Part shown: piece after piece, positions 13,680 to 27,616 of the stretch
Numbering within the stretch: position 1 is the stretch's first letter
Layout of the letters: each line of letters opens with the position of its first letter
Source: Haliotis rufescens
Taxonomy: Eukaryota
Assembly: GCF_023055435.1 (NCBI RefSeq)
Contig: NW_025963791.1
Coordinates: 43,090,001-43,154,000 of the forward strand
Direction of reading: 5' to 3'
DNA: 64,000 bases
Position numbers and translations under genes: made by a program
The notes under the pieces: generated by a model
The model's input: only the letters and a program-made list of their open reading frames with translations
The model's database searches: none
What the model was told of the DNA's origin: nothing

Positions 13680-16600
13680 CAGGTGTACACATGCCAACCC
13701 CACTGTACACTCTGTGTACACAACAACCCCCTATACACCAGATGCATACACCAACCCCCTCAACACAAGATGCACTCAACATCCCCCTCAACACCATGTG
13801 CACACAACAAACCCTCTACACCAGATGAACTCAACACCCCCCCCCTCAAAACCAGGTGCTCACAACAAGCCCTCTACACCAGATACACTCAACACCCCCC
13901 TCAACACCAGGTGCACACAACAAGCCCTATACACCAGATGCACACAACAACCCCCTCTACAACAGGTGCTCACAACAACCCCTCTACACCAGATACACTC
14001 AACACCCCCCTCAACACCAGGTGCACACAACAAGCCCTATACACCAGATGCACACAACAACCCCCTCTACAACAGGTGCTCACAACAACCCCTCTACACC
14101 AGATACACTCAACACCCCCCTCAACACCAGGTGCACACAACAAGCCCTATACACCAGATGCACACAACAACCCCCTCTACATCAGGTGCACACAAAAACC
14201 CTTTCTACACCAGATGCACACAACCGCTTGTACACCAGATGCACAGAACAACCCTCCTCGACACTAGATGAACACAACAGCCACTTCTGCACATATGCAC
14301 ACAAGAACCACCTCTACACTAGGTGCACACAAAAATCCCTTCTACACCAGATGCACACAACCACTTCTACACCAGATACACACAACAACCAGCCTGAACA
14401 CTAGATGCACACAACAACCCCATCTACACCAGATGCACACAACAACCCCTTCTACACCAGGTGCACACAACAACCATTTCTACACCAGGTGCACACAACA
14501 ACCCCTTCTACACCAGGTGCACACAGCGACCCTCCTCAATACTGTGTTCACACAACTACCCCATCTACACCAGATGCACACAGCAACCCCATCTACACCA
14601 GATGCACACAACAACCCCTTCTACACCAGGTGCACACAACAACCATTTCTACACCAGATGCACACAACAACCCCTTCTACACCGGGTGCACACAGCGACC
14701 CTCCTCAATTCTGTGTTCACACAACAACCAAAAAATATACCAGGTGCACACAGCGACCCTCCTCAATACTGTGTTCACACAACAACCCCATCTACACCAG
14801 ATGCACACAACAACCCCATCTACACCAGATGCACACAACAACCCCTTCTACACCAGGTGCACACAACAACCATTTCTACACCAGGTGCACACAGCGACCC
14901 TCCTCAATACTGTGTTCATACAACAACCCCATCTACACCAGATGCACAATACAACCATGTTTACACCAGGTGCACACAACAACCCAATCTACAACAGGTG
15001 CACACAGCAACAACCCTCTACACTGTTTTCACACAACAACCCAATCTACAACAGGTGAACACAGCAACAATCCTCTACACCAGGATCTTGCAACAACCCT
15101 CCTCTACACCAGGTACACACGACAACCCCTTCTAAACCAGGTCCACACAACAACCCTACTCAATACTGTGTGTACACAACAACCTCTTCTACACTAGGTG
15201 CATACAGCAACCCTCCTCAATACTGTGTGCACACAAGCAAATCTACACCAGGTGCACACAGCAAACATCCTCTACACTGTGTGCACACAACAACCCTTTC
15301 TACACCAGATGCACAGAACAACCCTCTCTACAGCAGATGCACTCAACAACCCCTTCTACACCAGATGCACACAACAACCCTCTCTACAGCAGGTGCACAC
15401 AAAAATCCCTTCTACACCAGATTCACAGAACCCCTTCTACACCAGATGCACACAACCCCTTCGACACTGGATACACGCGACAACCACCCTGAACACTAGA
15501 TGCACACAACAACCACCTGTACACAAGGTGCTCACAACAACCACTTCAAAACCAGATGCACACAGAAACCCTTTCAACGCCCGATGCACACAACAATCCC
15601 TTCTACACCAGGTGCACACAGTGATCGCTTCTACACCAGGTGCACAACAACCCCTTCTACACCAGGTGCACACAGCAACCCTCCTCAATACTGTGTGCAC
15701 ACAACAACCCCTTCTACACCAGGTGCACACAGCGATCGCTTCTACACCAGGTGCACAACAACCCCATCTACACCAGGTGCACACAGCAACCCTCCTCAAT
15801 AATGTGTGCACACAACAACCCCTTCTACACCAGGTGCACACAACAACCCCCTCTAAAGCAGATGCACGCAACAACCCCTTCTACACCAGATGCACACAAC
15901 AACCCCCTCTACGGCAGGTGCACACAAAAAACTCTCTACGGCAGGTGCACACAAAAAACCCTTCTACACCAGATTCACACAACCCCTTCTACACCAGATG
16001 CACAGAACAACCCTCCTCAACACTAGATGTACACAACAACCACCACTGCACAATGTGCACACAACAATCACTTCTACATCAGATGCACACAGAAACCCCT
16101 TCTACGCCTAATGCACACAGAAACCGCTTCTACACCTGGTGGACACAACAACCCTCCTCTACACCAGGCGCACACAACAACCCCATCTATACCAGGTGCA
16201 CACAAGAACCCTACACAATACTGTGTGCACACAACAACCCAATCTACACCAGATGCACACAGCAACCCTCCTCTACAAAAGGTGCACACAACAACCCCAT
16301 CTACACCAAGTGCACACAACAACCTTCCTCTACACCAGGTGCACACAACAACCCTACTCAATACTGTGTACACACAACAAACCCTTCTACACCAGATGCA
16401 CACAGCAACCTTCCTCTACACCAGGTGCATGCAACAACCCCTTCAACACCAGGTGCACACATCGACCTTCCTCTACACCAGGTGCACACAGCAACCCTCC
16501 TCAATACTGTGTACACACAACAAACCCTTCTACATCAGATGCACACAGCAACCCTCCTCTACACCAGGTGCACACAACAACCCCATCTACACCAGGTGCA

Positions 16601-17438
16601 CACAACAACCCTCCTCAATACTGTGTGCACACAACAACCCCATCTACACCAGGTGCACACAGCAACCCTCCTCAATACTGTGTGCACACAACAACCCCAT
16701 CTACACCAGATGCACACAGCGACCCTCCTCTACACCAGGTGCACACAACAACCCCATCTACACCAGGTGCACACAACAACCCTCCTCAATACTGTGTGCA
16801 CAGAACAACCCCATCTACACCAGGTGCACACAGCAACCCTCCTCTACATCAGGTGCACACAGCAACCATTCTCTACACTGTGTGCACACAACATCCCTCC
16901 TCAATATTGTGTGCACACAACAGCACAATCTACATCAGATGCACACAGCAACCCTCCTCTACATCAGGTGCACACAGCAACCATTCTCTACACTGTGTGC
17001 ACACAACATCCCTCCTCAATATTGTGTGCACACAACAGCACAATCTACATCAGATGCACACAGCAACCCTCCTCTACATCAGGTGCACACAGCAACCATT
17101 CTCTACACTGTGTGCACACAACATCCCTCCTCAATATTGTGTGCACACAACAGCACAATCTACATCAGATGCACACAGCGACCCTCCCCTACATCAGGTG
17201 CACACAACAACCCCATCCACACCAGGTGCACACAGCAACTCTCCTCTACACCAGGTGCACACAACAACCCTATCTAAACTGTGTGCACACAACATCCCTC
17301 CTCAATACTGTGTGCACACAACAACCCTATCTACACTGTGTGCACACAACACCCCTCCTCTATATTGTGTGCACACAACAACCCCATCTACACAAGGTGC
17401 ACACAGCAACCCTCCTCTATACCAGGTGCATGCAATAA
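13680..17438. repeat. Complex C/A-rich minisatellite, about 27-30 bp unit (ctacaccaggtgcacacaacaacccc)
   Basis: Recurrent core ctacaccagRtgcacaca with variable spacers and local higher-order blocks. Confidence 0.93.
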
Positions 17439-18299
17439 CCCTGGTCAGAGACCAGGTCGTGAAGATTGGAGGCGAGTCAGAGATGACGGGACTTTTTGTG
17501 ACCAAGGAGACATTCAAGAGACATAACGCCAGGAATACAGTCAGATGTCAGGAGAATCGGTCTGTTATGTTTTGATTACAATGGCACAGTACAGATAAGG
17601 TACAGTTTGTTAAGACGCTTTGGATTAGTCATTTTTCGACATATTTTACGTTCTGACCTGAGCTCTCAGACGGCACTAGACCAATAAAGCTGAAACTTCA
17701 CACAAAAAATGACACCCACAATGTAATGAAATTCAGTATAGCTCGGAATTGGACTCCTTTGAACTCCTGTGCCCTCTTGTATCAGTGGCAAAGAAAGGAT
17801 CCCCATGCCCTAAAGTTGACGCCATGTCCGCATGGATGGCTGTTGGAGTTATTTCAGTCCTTTCGATTGCATATGCTTGATGACAGTTCGGAAGCAAGAT
17901 CTGTCGATTTTCTTTAACAGAGAAGACCCAGTCACTTTGATGCCTGCAGAAACATGCTGCCTGGTTCAGTATTTGGTTCAAAATCAGCCTGTAAGCAAGA
18001 ACAGTATTGTGATTGTGAACAGTAGGTGATTGAAGTGCAGAGGTTACCCAAGAAATCGGTACGTACAGAACTAAATATTGAAATCAGTAAATAACCACCC
18101 ATGGTCATGGAATAATAAAACATATATTGAAAACATACCGTTTTAGGTTTGCATTCATGTAGTACAATAAGTGGTAGCAACAACACGTAACAGGCTCTGT
18201 ACCTTAGTCAGTGCACTCAGGAATGTATTTTTCACTATCGAATGTCTTGAAGGAGGCATGGGAAGCATGTCGTGACCGCATGCCGGTGAATCTGGGATG

Positions 18300-18900
18300 G
18301 TGACACGAAGGTCAGCAGCTGTGTGTTGAACCTTCCGACAAAAGGGTCTACGGTCTACCATAGGCAACACGACTACTGTCGATGACACCAAGACGTAGGG
18401 ATTGTTTTTGTTACAGGCATATCCCTTCTGGTTGGTTGTTGGTTGGTTGCTTCAGGTTTTAACGTGACACATCAGGCTTTCTTTACACTCGATGATCCGT
18501 GCTCCCTGTCTTTGGACGCAGATTTACTTCTGCGATCCGAATTACGCTTGCTTCACTTGCGTAAATAAAAATTCCTCCTGAGAAAGTTCTCTACACTGGG
18601 AACAGCGAGCAGTGTACTTACATTAGCCACGGCAGACACAGCGCACATTGTGTGCACAACATGCAATAACTGGCGTTTCTCCGTAATCAATGAGCACTCA
18701 ATGGGCAATGTTCGTAGGCAAATCAAAGCAAAAAACAACCAAAAAGTTTCACTTCTGGAGCAAGTCTCGACACCTTGGCGATGAGAAAGAGAATGTCTTG
18801 GGAATGTATACTGATCATGAGTGGTGAATTAAATTTATTAAATGGTCGGCCCCTCAGCAAGTAGATATGACTTCTTGTCAGCAAAGACCTCGATTCTCTC
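18300..18900 (-). mobile_element. Possible highly degraded piggyBac-like transposase C-terminal remnant
   Basis: Fragments resembling LFWFCFD..NA and a basic RK..KR stretch; heavily frameshifted; no termini found. Confidence 0.3.
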
Positions 18901-19573
18901 TTGTACAGCTTGTCTTCAAGAAAAAGTTCCTTCATAAACTTCTTCAAAGATCAGGTCTGTTATGTTTGTTGACGACAACCAAAAAAGGTAACTCTAAGTC
19001 ATGCTTTCGGTGTCATAACAACTCTAGACATTTTAAGAGCGTTTCAATGAATTACTGCCTCTGACAATTGTCACAGATAAACGTTACAGTACTCTCAACC
19101 GTCACAGTACACTACTCACTACTCTAATCAGTCTTGACCATTTGATTTCAAAATGTTTGATCCCTCATGCACATATATGTTAGCATTACCGTTTAATAAT
19201 GATTCTGATACTACGTACAGCGCCATTATATCCCTCGGGATAAGATTCCCCATGGTTACTTAGCAACAGCCTGTTCCGACCACCATACGATTGCTGCAGT
19301 ACAACTACTGTCTGGATATCGGAAGAACGAAAAACATATATCGAGAGCAATATCGTGACAAAGGCATTGTTATTCAGACAGTAAAAGGACACGTGACAAT
19401 ACTGTGGTATATGTTGTGCCGACAAAACAAGAGGGTCGAGGAGCGGTTGTTGTGTACCTTGAAAGTGCAGCACACATTCCTATCTCCACATTCCACAACA
19501 TATTTTAACTAAAATCTAATCAACGTTTAACGCAAATCTAGAGTAAAATGTGAAGTGCAATTTTAGAATTTGT

Positions 19574-19650
19574 TGCTTGTCGTAGGAGGCGACAAACGGG
19601 ATCGGGTGGTCACGCTTGCTGACTTGGTTGATGCATGTCATCGTATCCCA
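19574..19650 (+). mobile_element. SINE-like family B, internal fragment
   Basis: cttgtcgtaggaggcgacaaacgggatcgggtggtc..gctgacttggttga, shared with 31800-32070. Confidence 0.75.
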
Positions 19651-20003
19651 AGGGGGGGGGGGGGGGGAAGAATTCCTGCATTCTGATCAGCTGAATTGGT
19701 CACGTGTTGGTCATTTCCCAATGAATGTAAAAAATTAAGCCACGCCCACCGAGGCGCACTACTTTTATTACTGCGGAATGTCGGGGAATCCCAATATTAC
19801 AGTCTGGGAAATTCCCTTTCTGCTCACGTTTATCGTCATGTACAGGAAATTTAGCCTCTTTCATGCATATTCATTGTCCAAACTACCCTTTGAAACCGTG
19901 CCGGCTCGCTCTCCTCGGTTCAACTTTCATGTCTTCGGGTTTCATTTCTGACTAGCATTTTTCCAACTGTGTTTTACCGAAATCAGGGAAGTAATGTTGG
20001 AAT

Positions 20004-20168
20004 CTGGCGGTAACTGACGGTAACTGACGGTAACTGACGGTAGCTGACGGTAACTGACGGTAGCTGACGGTAGCTGGCGGTAACTGACGGTAACTGACGG
20101 TAGCTGACGGTAACTGACGGTAGCTGACGGTAGCTGACGGTAACTGACGGTAGCTGACGGTAACTGAC
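20004..20168. repeat. 10-bp tandem repeat (taRctgacgg)n
   Basis: Direct reading, about 16 copies. Confidence 0.95.
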
Positions 20169-21182
20169 CATGTTATTGGAAACAGCTGCCTTCTCCCGGA
20201 CACATTTCTTCCGTTTCGTTACAGCCTGAGTGTTGCAGTTTATTTACTTTTTTCCTTTGCAAATGTAAAATGAAACTTACTACAAGTTTAGGAATTGTAC
20301 CACTGTAGTTGGTAAATTATGAGAAGAAGGTTCTTTTATTAATTGATAGTAATTTCTAGTAACTGTTAAATAAATTGTACCAGTCATACGATGGGCCACC
20401 CATGCTACTATTAACATTTACGAACAAAAATATACGAATCATCTCCAAACAAATTAGTGACTGAGTGGACAGTGAAATTCACTAAGTACGTGAGTTAACT
20501 TCACCAAATATTTCTGTCAGTGTGTGGTTATTTTGGTGATGTTTGGTAGCTCCGTGTCTGTATATTGAGGCAAAAGGTGACATGAATAGTCATGTATGTT
20601 ACTCAGCTTATATGCTTGTAATAGGTTGTTCAGCAGTTAGTAACAATCGTCACATCTATCGGCAAGTATCTTGTGCTACCTTTGTCGGACCTCTTAAGAA
20701 CTCCAGTCACGTGAAGATCTCATCTTGTCTGGTACCATTGATATCCCTCGGGTAAGTATGCCTGCTTGATTGATGCTACATACAGAACATAAACTTATCT
20801 AGAGAGAAATGATTATGGCAACGAAAGTATTATTATTCAGAAAGTAAACAGATAAAGTACTCCACTGGGATATAGAAGTTGTTCCCACAAACTTAACACA
20901 GGCGCTGTGTGTATTTATCAAAATTATGAAAAGATCTCATTCCTTTCGTTGCTTTACATATCATTTTTGTCAAATTTTCATTTCAGTTTCTGACAATTTC
21001 GTAAAATACCTCATGCATGTTGTCTTAACAATGTCCAATCCTGCTGTCCAATGCTGGATGACTAACCTCCGATCAGAGGTCGGACGCCTTGTCAACATGA
21101 CCAAAGAGGTTAACCCCGTCAGCAAGCTGACAAGGTAAGGATGTCATCTGTGGGACGACTCTACGCCCTGCTACACAGGTCT

Positions 21183-21544
21183 CAGACGTTTACCACTTCA
21201 GTGAGTGAGTGAGTGAGTGAGTGAGTATGGTTTTACGCCGCTTTTAGCAATATTCCAGCAATATCACGGCGGGGGACACCAGAAATGAGCTTCACACATT
21301 GTACCCATGTCGGGAATCGAACCCGGGTCTTCGGCGTGACGAGCGAACGCGTTAACCACTAGGCTACCCGACCGCCCACCACTTCAGTGAAACCCACGAG
21401 CATGGGTATGGTGCTGACAAACCTAGAAACATAATTGGGGCGAACCGGGATTTGAATCACAATTATAGGTTTCTGGCGTGCCCAAGGGACGCAACTCTGC
21501 ACAGCGAATCGCGGCGCCTTAGACGACTGGGCCACCCGTGCCCC
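21183..21544 (-). mobile_element. tRNA-derived SINE family C (partial), interrupted by a family A SINE
   Basis: Near-identical to 33634-33914 once the insert is removed. Confidence 0.85.
21205..21377 (-). mobile_element. tRNA(Asp)-like SINE family A, full length, 13-bp TSD accacttcagtga
   Basis: A box tagcctagtgg, B box ggttcgattcc, (actc)n tail; TSDs 21192-21204 and 21378-21390. Confidence 0.92.
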
Positions 21545-21862
21545 CGGGCTTAGTATGAACGTACGTAGTGAGGAACTGTGCCTTGGCGCATGAGGCGAAT
21601 GCAGAATGGATGAATCCCACAAGCAATGTAACGGAATCTTAAAAGAAGAAAATGAATGATGAAGGTTTAAATGAATGAATAAATCCTTATGTAAGCCGTA
21701 CATGCTGATGTAGGCTATTTGATCACTTTGTTTGCCCTCTGTAAAAGTGTATGAAATGCGTGTAACTTGGTTTTAATGCAAACCTAGCATTCAATATCAA
21801 ACGTTATTTTGGTGGTCATTTTACAGTATCTTACGTTTGGGTTCTGGCTCAGAAATAGCCGG

Positions 21863-23250
21863 TGTCACGAAATATATTCGCCCCCAGAATAAAATCTCCC
21901 CCCGGCGAATTTATACTGGTACAGTTCCGCCTCTCTCGAAATAAACTCTCCCCCACCCCACGAAATAAAATCTCCCCCAAGAATATTTCCTCCCTCGGTC
22001 GTATTATAAATACTTGCCATGCAGTTCAATAGTTGCCAAACACTTCTGATAGAGACGATGCTGAGAATGTGGAGTGAAAAGGGCTTCACTTTGAGCACTG
22101 TGTTTTCCTTAACTACCGCAATATGAGACAATAAAGTGGTATATAGGTAGATATTACTTCCTTACTTACTTATATTGGAGATTTTACGTGCGCTTTCCTA
22201 CTGCAGCGTATTTCGCACACGGGCCCGGCCAGGCCATTCAACGGAGATATGATATTTTCTTATGAAATATCGCGTATTAGTGTAATTTGCATGCTTTACC
22301 ATTCATTGTACCATTCTGAACCATGTGAATGTTGTAATGTCAGTCAATCGGGTGGGAAAACAGCCCAATCCTCGCTCTATAAAGGACTATGTCAATCATT
22401 TTGCAAGTTGAAATGACCCCTGATACTTTATGAATACTATATAACAGTTTATGAAGTCAAAATCAATGCTGATTATTCATAAATTTAATGCTTCGTACTA
22501 TAGGCCTGTGTCCTCTTCAGTGCTGAATAAAGATTGAAAATACATCAGTCAATCAAAGATGAAGGTACAGTAAACTACGGTTATAACGAACTCAAAGGGA
22601 CTACTAATTTTAGTTCGTTATAACCGTAAATCGTTATAAGCATATATACAGCATAATTACAGCATATAGTCGGGACTAAAAAGTTAGTTCGTTATATCCG
22701 TTAGTTCGTTATAACCGTGTTCGTTATTACCGAAGTTTACTGTAACTTTATACATCAGAGTTCTTGAGAATTAGTTCATGTTTTGTTCTTAGACTAACAT
22801 TTCAACCACCGATTGTGTTCACATGTAGACTCATACTGGTATATTAAAAAAATGTATACAGACAACAACTGTATTAGAAACAACAAACTCTGTAGAGACT
22901 CTTGTCTCCCATCCTTTGTTTGGTATGATTATGTCTTGTAATTATTTTAGGATGGAAGGTACAGTTACCAAATAAAATATTCTGAAATATCAATTCATTA
23001 TGACCATATTTCATAATCTATTTTTTAAAGTAACCCTCCTTACATTAAAGATAACTATTTAAAGAATATAGTACTTAAAGACATTGCAACAAACCGAATA
23101 ATCAGGGGGGAGACTTTATTCTGAGGGGGGCGCGAAATATAACCGCCCGGGGGAGATTTTATTTCAGAACAGATTCACCGGGGGAGAATCTGTATCGGTA
23201 TAAAATCTCCGGGGGGAGAATTTGTACGGGGGAGAGTTTATACCGGGACA
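21863..23250. mobile_element. Non-autonomous DNA transposon, Ginger1-like (TGT...ACA termini, CCGG TSD)
   Basis: ccgg|tgtcacg...cgggaca|ccgg; imperfect TIRs with subterminal ataaaNtctccccc repeats in inverted orientation. Confidence 0.7.
22568..22742. mobile_element. Tc1/mariner/pogo-type MITE nested in the Ginger-like element
   Basis: TA TSD; TIR cagtaaactacggttataacgaac / gttcgttattaccgaagtttactg. Confidence 0.85.
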
Positions 23251-23499
23251 CCGGCACCTGATTTACGGCCGTACCTTTACCTGAACTGGTTGCCATTTAG
23301 TTAAAAGACTTTGGTCGCAAGGCTTCAATCTCTATCGAAATACTGATGATGCCTTAGATCAGGTTCATGTAGGAAGGATGGTGGCAACTAGACAAGAGAA
23401 GGCGCGCACCACATTGACTAACATAAGGCCCGTTCCTTGTAAAAAATCCAGGTTCCTATACCATACCCATCTAAACCATAGCTTACCATTGGTCAGTAA

Positions 23500-24800
23500 A
23501 TTTTCCCCCTTGAAATAGGCTATCCCATTTCTCAGTCAGTCATGGAAAATTATTATGAATCCTTTTCTCTTGATGAACTCTCTGGCTCTTAAATCCCATG
23601 ACACTGCAACTAGGCCTGATGTGATCCATTACAAATAGTTAGTATTTCTTAGTATACATATGGGAACGTGGTAAATTCCCAGATTCCTGGCACAAAACAA
23701 TCATCATTCCTATTCCTAAGCCAGGCAAAGATAATAATTCAACAAATTAATGTTCAAGTGCCTTGACTAGCTGTGCTAGTGAAACGATGAAAAAAATAAT
23801 TAAATGTAGACTTGTTCTGCATCTTCAATCTTTTAACTTCATAAGAGATATACAAGGTGGCTTTGTCATAACTTGTTGTTCATCTTGTACGACTTGAGGG
23901 ATGTGTTCGTAATGCCTTCAAAAATAAACAACATGCAGTTTCTATATTCTTTGACTTATAGAAGGCCTACGATACCACATGGAAATATGGTATATTGAAT
24001 GATCTTTCAACAATCGACCCTGCTTTTTCCTGAGATTTATGTTGGATATGGAAAGGGTTTTGTCGCTATATTTATACTATGTGATTCCATGGGCGCATGC
24101 CTGATTATATTTTCGATTCCTTGACAAAAGACAATTCCAAGTTCGTGTTTGATCGACTCTATTAGATATGTTTGATCAAGAAACGGGTGTGCCACAGGGG
24201 AGTATTCCATCAGTTAGCTGGTTTAGCATTAAGATCAACAGTCTCGCCAAAGTGCTTAATGAAAACATATATGGTTATTTGTTTGTTAATGACTTTAATG
24301 TGTCTTGTCAAGGAACTAACATGCATACTATTGAGGGACAGCTGCAGATGTGTCTGAATAAAATTCATGAGTGGTCTCAGGAGAGTGGTTTTAAGTTTTC
24401 ACAGACCAAGACATGTTGTCTGCGTTTTAGTAATCAGAGGAAAATAATTAAGGTGACACAGCTTTTAGTTATAACATTGATAGCTTACTGTCACTTATTC
24501 CCCATATTAAAAATATTGAAACCAAATATTTAAAGGCGCTTGATATTCTTGAAAGTTGTCAAATGCTCATTGGGGCGGGGATAAGGAAACATGTCTGAAT
24601 CTCTAAAGAGTATTAGTCAAATCTAAGGTGGACCATGGATGTTTATTTATTGTTCAGCTCGTAAATCATATTTACTGGAAATTGATAGTATTCTCCATCA
24701 GGGTCTGAGGTTGTGTTTAGGTGCATTCACTTCTATCGAAAGTCGGTATGTTGAGGCCAAAGAATCATGTCTCAATTTAAGCTTGCTCTTCAATATATCA
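23500..24800 (+). mobile_element. Degraded I-group (Nimb-like) LINE reverse transcriptase
   Basis: IIPIPKPGKD, KAYDTTWKYGIL, GVPQGS, GFKFSQTKT, HWGGDKE, HQGLRLCLGAF, YVEA motifs with many stops. Confidence 0.85.
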
Positions 24801-25035
24801 CTGAACACAACTTGAAACTTTTCATTGGGGAGTGCAACATAGATGCCCCCAGATCCCCCTAGTTAACTCAGGCACTGACGTCTCATATTAACAGTATTCA
24901 CGTTGGTGGTGCCTACTCCAGTATTTAGTCTCAGCTACGCCCCTGTTAAAATCATAGGATACCATCATAACATTCGTTTACAGTCGGGGAGTATTGAATA
25001 AATGCTTGCTTTTCCTCATCTTCATATTGCCTTTA

Positions 25036-25202
25036 GGGGCGGTCGGGTAGCCTAGTGGTTAAAGCGTTCGCTCGTCACGCCGAAGACCCGGGTTCGATTC
25101 CCGACATGGGTACAATGAGTGAAGCCCATTTCTGGTGTCCCCCGCCGTGATATTGCTGGAATATTGCTAAAAGCGGCGTAAAACCATACTCACTCACTCA
25201 CT
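25036..25202 (+). mobile_element. SINE family A, full length
   Basis: Near-identical to other family A copies. Confidence 0.92.
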
Positions 25203-25953
25203 CTAACCTATAACAAGCAAATGGAATGCATTTGAAAATACTTTACGAGGATGAGTTACTTGGATATACCAGTATATGTTAAGTTAGTTTATGTCGGGAA
25301 TCATAAGCAAATCCGATCATTGCATTCTACTGTAGATGTGTTTGTTTCAACGTTAACTCCAGGTAGCACAAGGAACTTAAACGCATTTCGGCTCTAAGAA
25401 CATCTCTTCTGGTATAATGGCATAATTTCTAGTTTGGATAACACATGCCCAATGCAGCAGCGTTATAAACAAGAAAGATATGTGCCCCTTGCTGAAAGTT
25501 ATAACAATTTCCGGTTGAATGAATCTCATCCATTTGGGTAAATACCATGTCATGTCCGAAAACTGCAGCTATCTTAATAGTTACATGTACTTCAGGTTTG
25601 GGAAAGGCAATGCCTATTAAGTAGAACTTTGTACAATACTTTGGCTACAATTTCAAACCTACTTTACAAATGACCTTCTTTATGACCTTTGACTGTGGTC
25701 AATCATACCCGTCCCAAAGACGGCATGTACTTTCATAGACCTATAAATGATGATTGAGTTTGAATAAAAAAACGGACTTTTCTTTATGACCCTGAGGATG
25801 TCCTTGGCCATTGGGATTCTATCGTGATGAATACTTGATATGATAACCCTGAGAAGTCCATTAATAGTGTTGTTCAAATACAAAGCCCTGTGGGTATTTT
25901 AAAATTCTGAGAAAAAAAAGAAGAAAAAAAAGCTACTGATGGATTCAGGACGA

Positions 25954-26143
25954 TTTGTTTGTTTGTTGTTAAACGCTGCACGCAGCAATATTCCAGCTAT
26001 GTTATGCGGTCTGGAAATAATCGAGGCTGTACCAGACAATCCAGTGAATGACATCATGAGCTTCGAAGTGGGATGGGTGACATGTATCAACCAGGTCAGC
26101 GAACCTGACCACCCGATCCCGTTAGTCGCCTCTTACGACCAGC
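25954..26143 (-). mobile_element. SINE-like family B, 5'-truncated
   Basis: Body and (aaac)n tail match 31800-32070. Confidence 0.8.
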
Positions 26144-26780
26144 ATAGTCACCTTTACGTATACAGGATGTAGCTATGGTAATATGTAATAAAGTAAAACA
26201 AACACTGTGTCAGTACAAAATATATATCATCTTTATAACTTTTGATAAAATATGCAGGCTTTTTAACAGCAGAGAACACATGTACATTTCCACAATGAAA
26301 CTACAATCTGCCCAGTTGGAAGATTCAAGGGCTAGGTTAAAACTCCGCAAAACTTAGAAAAAAGAGAAACAACATATACGGATTATGAATAATATACAAA
26401 AATAGAGGATAAAAGTGTCAAAAGGCTACATTGCATGGTATATTGTTGTATGTAGTTTAATCTGTTGCAAATCTGGATACTGAACCGCTGGCAGACTCAT
26501 GACTGTCATTGATTGAATACAATGACAACCGGCTATGGATATTCAGGATAGGACGTACGGTACAGGGATGGCTGCCATACCAGCCAGACAGGCTATTATC
26601 CTATTTGTATCAAGATTATTCTATAGGATATAAATGGAACATACGTGAGAAATGCTATATGGGAGGCATCGTGGGTATATATACTTGCATGTTATCTACA
26701 ATGACAGTATGTAGTGACTGATGGACGTATGTGTACAGCCACACGCAGTGCCTGCAGTGACTCTCAGCCTCTAAAGTGTA

Positions 26781-26786
26781 TTTATT
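26781..26786 (-). promoter_or_regulatory. Candidate polyadenylation signal AATAAA of the receptor gene
   Basis: tttatt on the + strand about 150 nt past the stop codon. Confidence 0.35.
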
Positions 26787-26934
26787 TTCCATCATAATCA
26801 AGGTTTCGCAGTTATATTTACAGAATAAGTAAACTGAAAACGAACATTACACTAGCGTATGTATACACCCGTATGTATTAAATACAATAGCAGGATGATG
26901 CAGCAAGAAATATGTATAGAGAGGTTGAATCACT

Positions 26935-27112
26935 CTATTGGTCTGAAAATCTGCCCCCTGAATTATAGAAGTCGTAGGCCTCATTAAACTCGGGGTTGGG
27001 ATACTGCATGTATCCCTGGGGTGCTGCAAATGGCGACCTCATGTAGTCGTGGTAGTTTGAGGACTGGTCAATGATTGAGTGCTTGTCTTTACTGACGCTG
27101 TTGCTGGACCGC
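26935..27112 (-). CDS. Receptor last exon: cytoplasmic tail RSSNSVSKDKHSIIDQSSNYHDYMRSPFAAPQGYMQYPNPEFNEAYDFYNSGGRFSDQ*
   Basis: Acceptor ttttcacaccag; phase 2 matches the TM exon; TAG stop. Confidence 0.85.
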
Positions 27113-27616
27113 CTGGTGTGAAAACAGAAAACACGAGTGGCTTGGAGAGGCGACATGAACTTCATTTGGAATGTTTTGGCAATGAGCCAACAAACCTTGT
27201 CACAAAAGAGCATTTTGTGTGTATGAAAGTTTCCAAAGTGACAACCCCATCTTTGATAAGATGTTATACCTATACGTATTGTGATGATCTACATATGACT
27301 TACAGGACATACCTTTACGAAGGCAAAATTGTCGTAAATATATAACTTGTCTTTTTTCACTTGAGTTATGTGCTAAGGAGGGAAATCTGTTAATAGTTTA
27401 AATTTAAAAGTGTGTGGTGACATTTGTGGTGAACTATATCTGTTTCATTAAATTAGAGAAAGTCACTGTTTAAGTTATGGAATCCGAAAAATTCTCTCAT
27501 CAACATAAATTTATTATCGCATATGAACAATGAAAGAAACATCGCGGAAAAACCTATATGCAGTCATTGGTGTATTTCCATTAGCCAGCCAGAGTGTTCA
27601 TCTATTGAAAACTTAC

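Noticed and set aside
8835-17575. His/Thr/Gln/Cys-rich ORFs
   Set aside because: Translations of 15-bp and ~28-bp minisatellites, open in several frames at once
25036-25110. tRNA-Asp gene
   Set aside because: Head of a multi-copy SINE with a tail and, in other copies, TSDs; acceptor stem not intact
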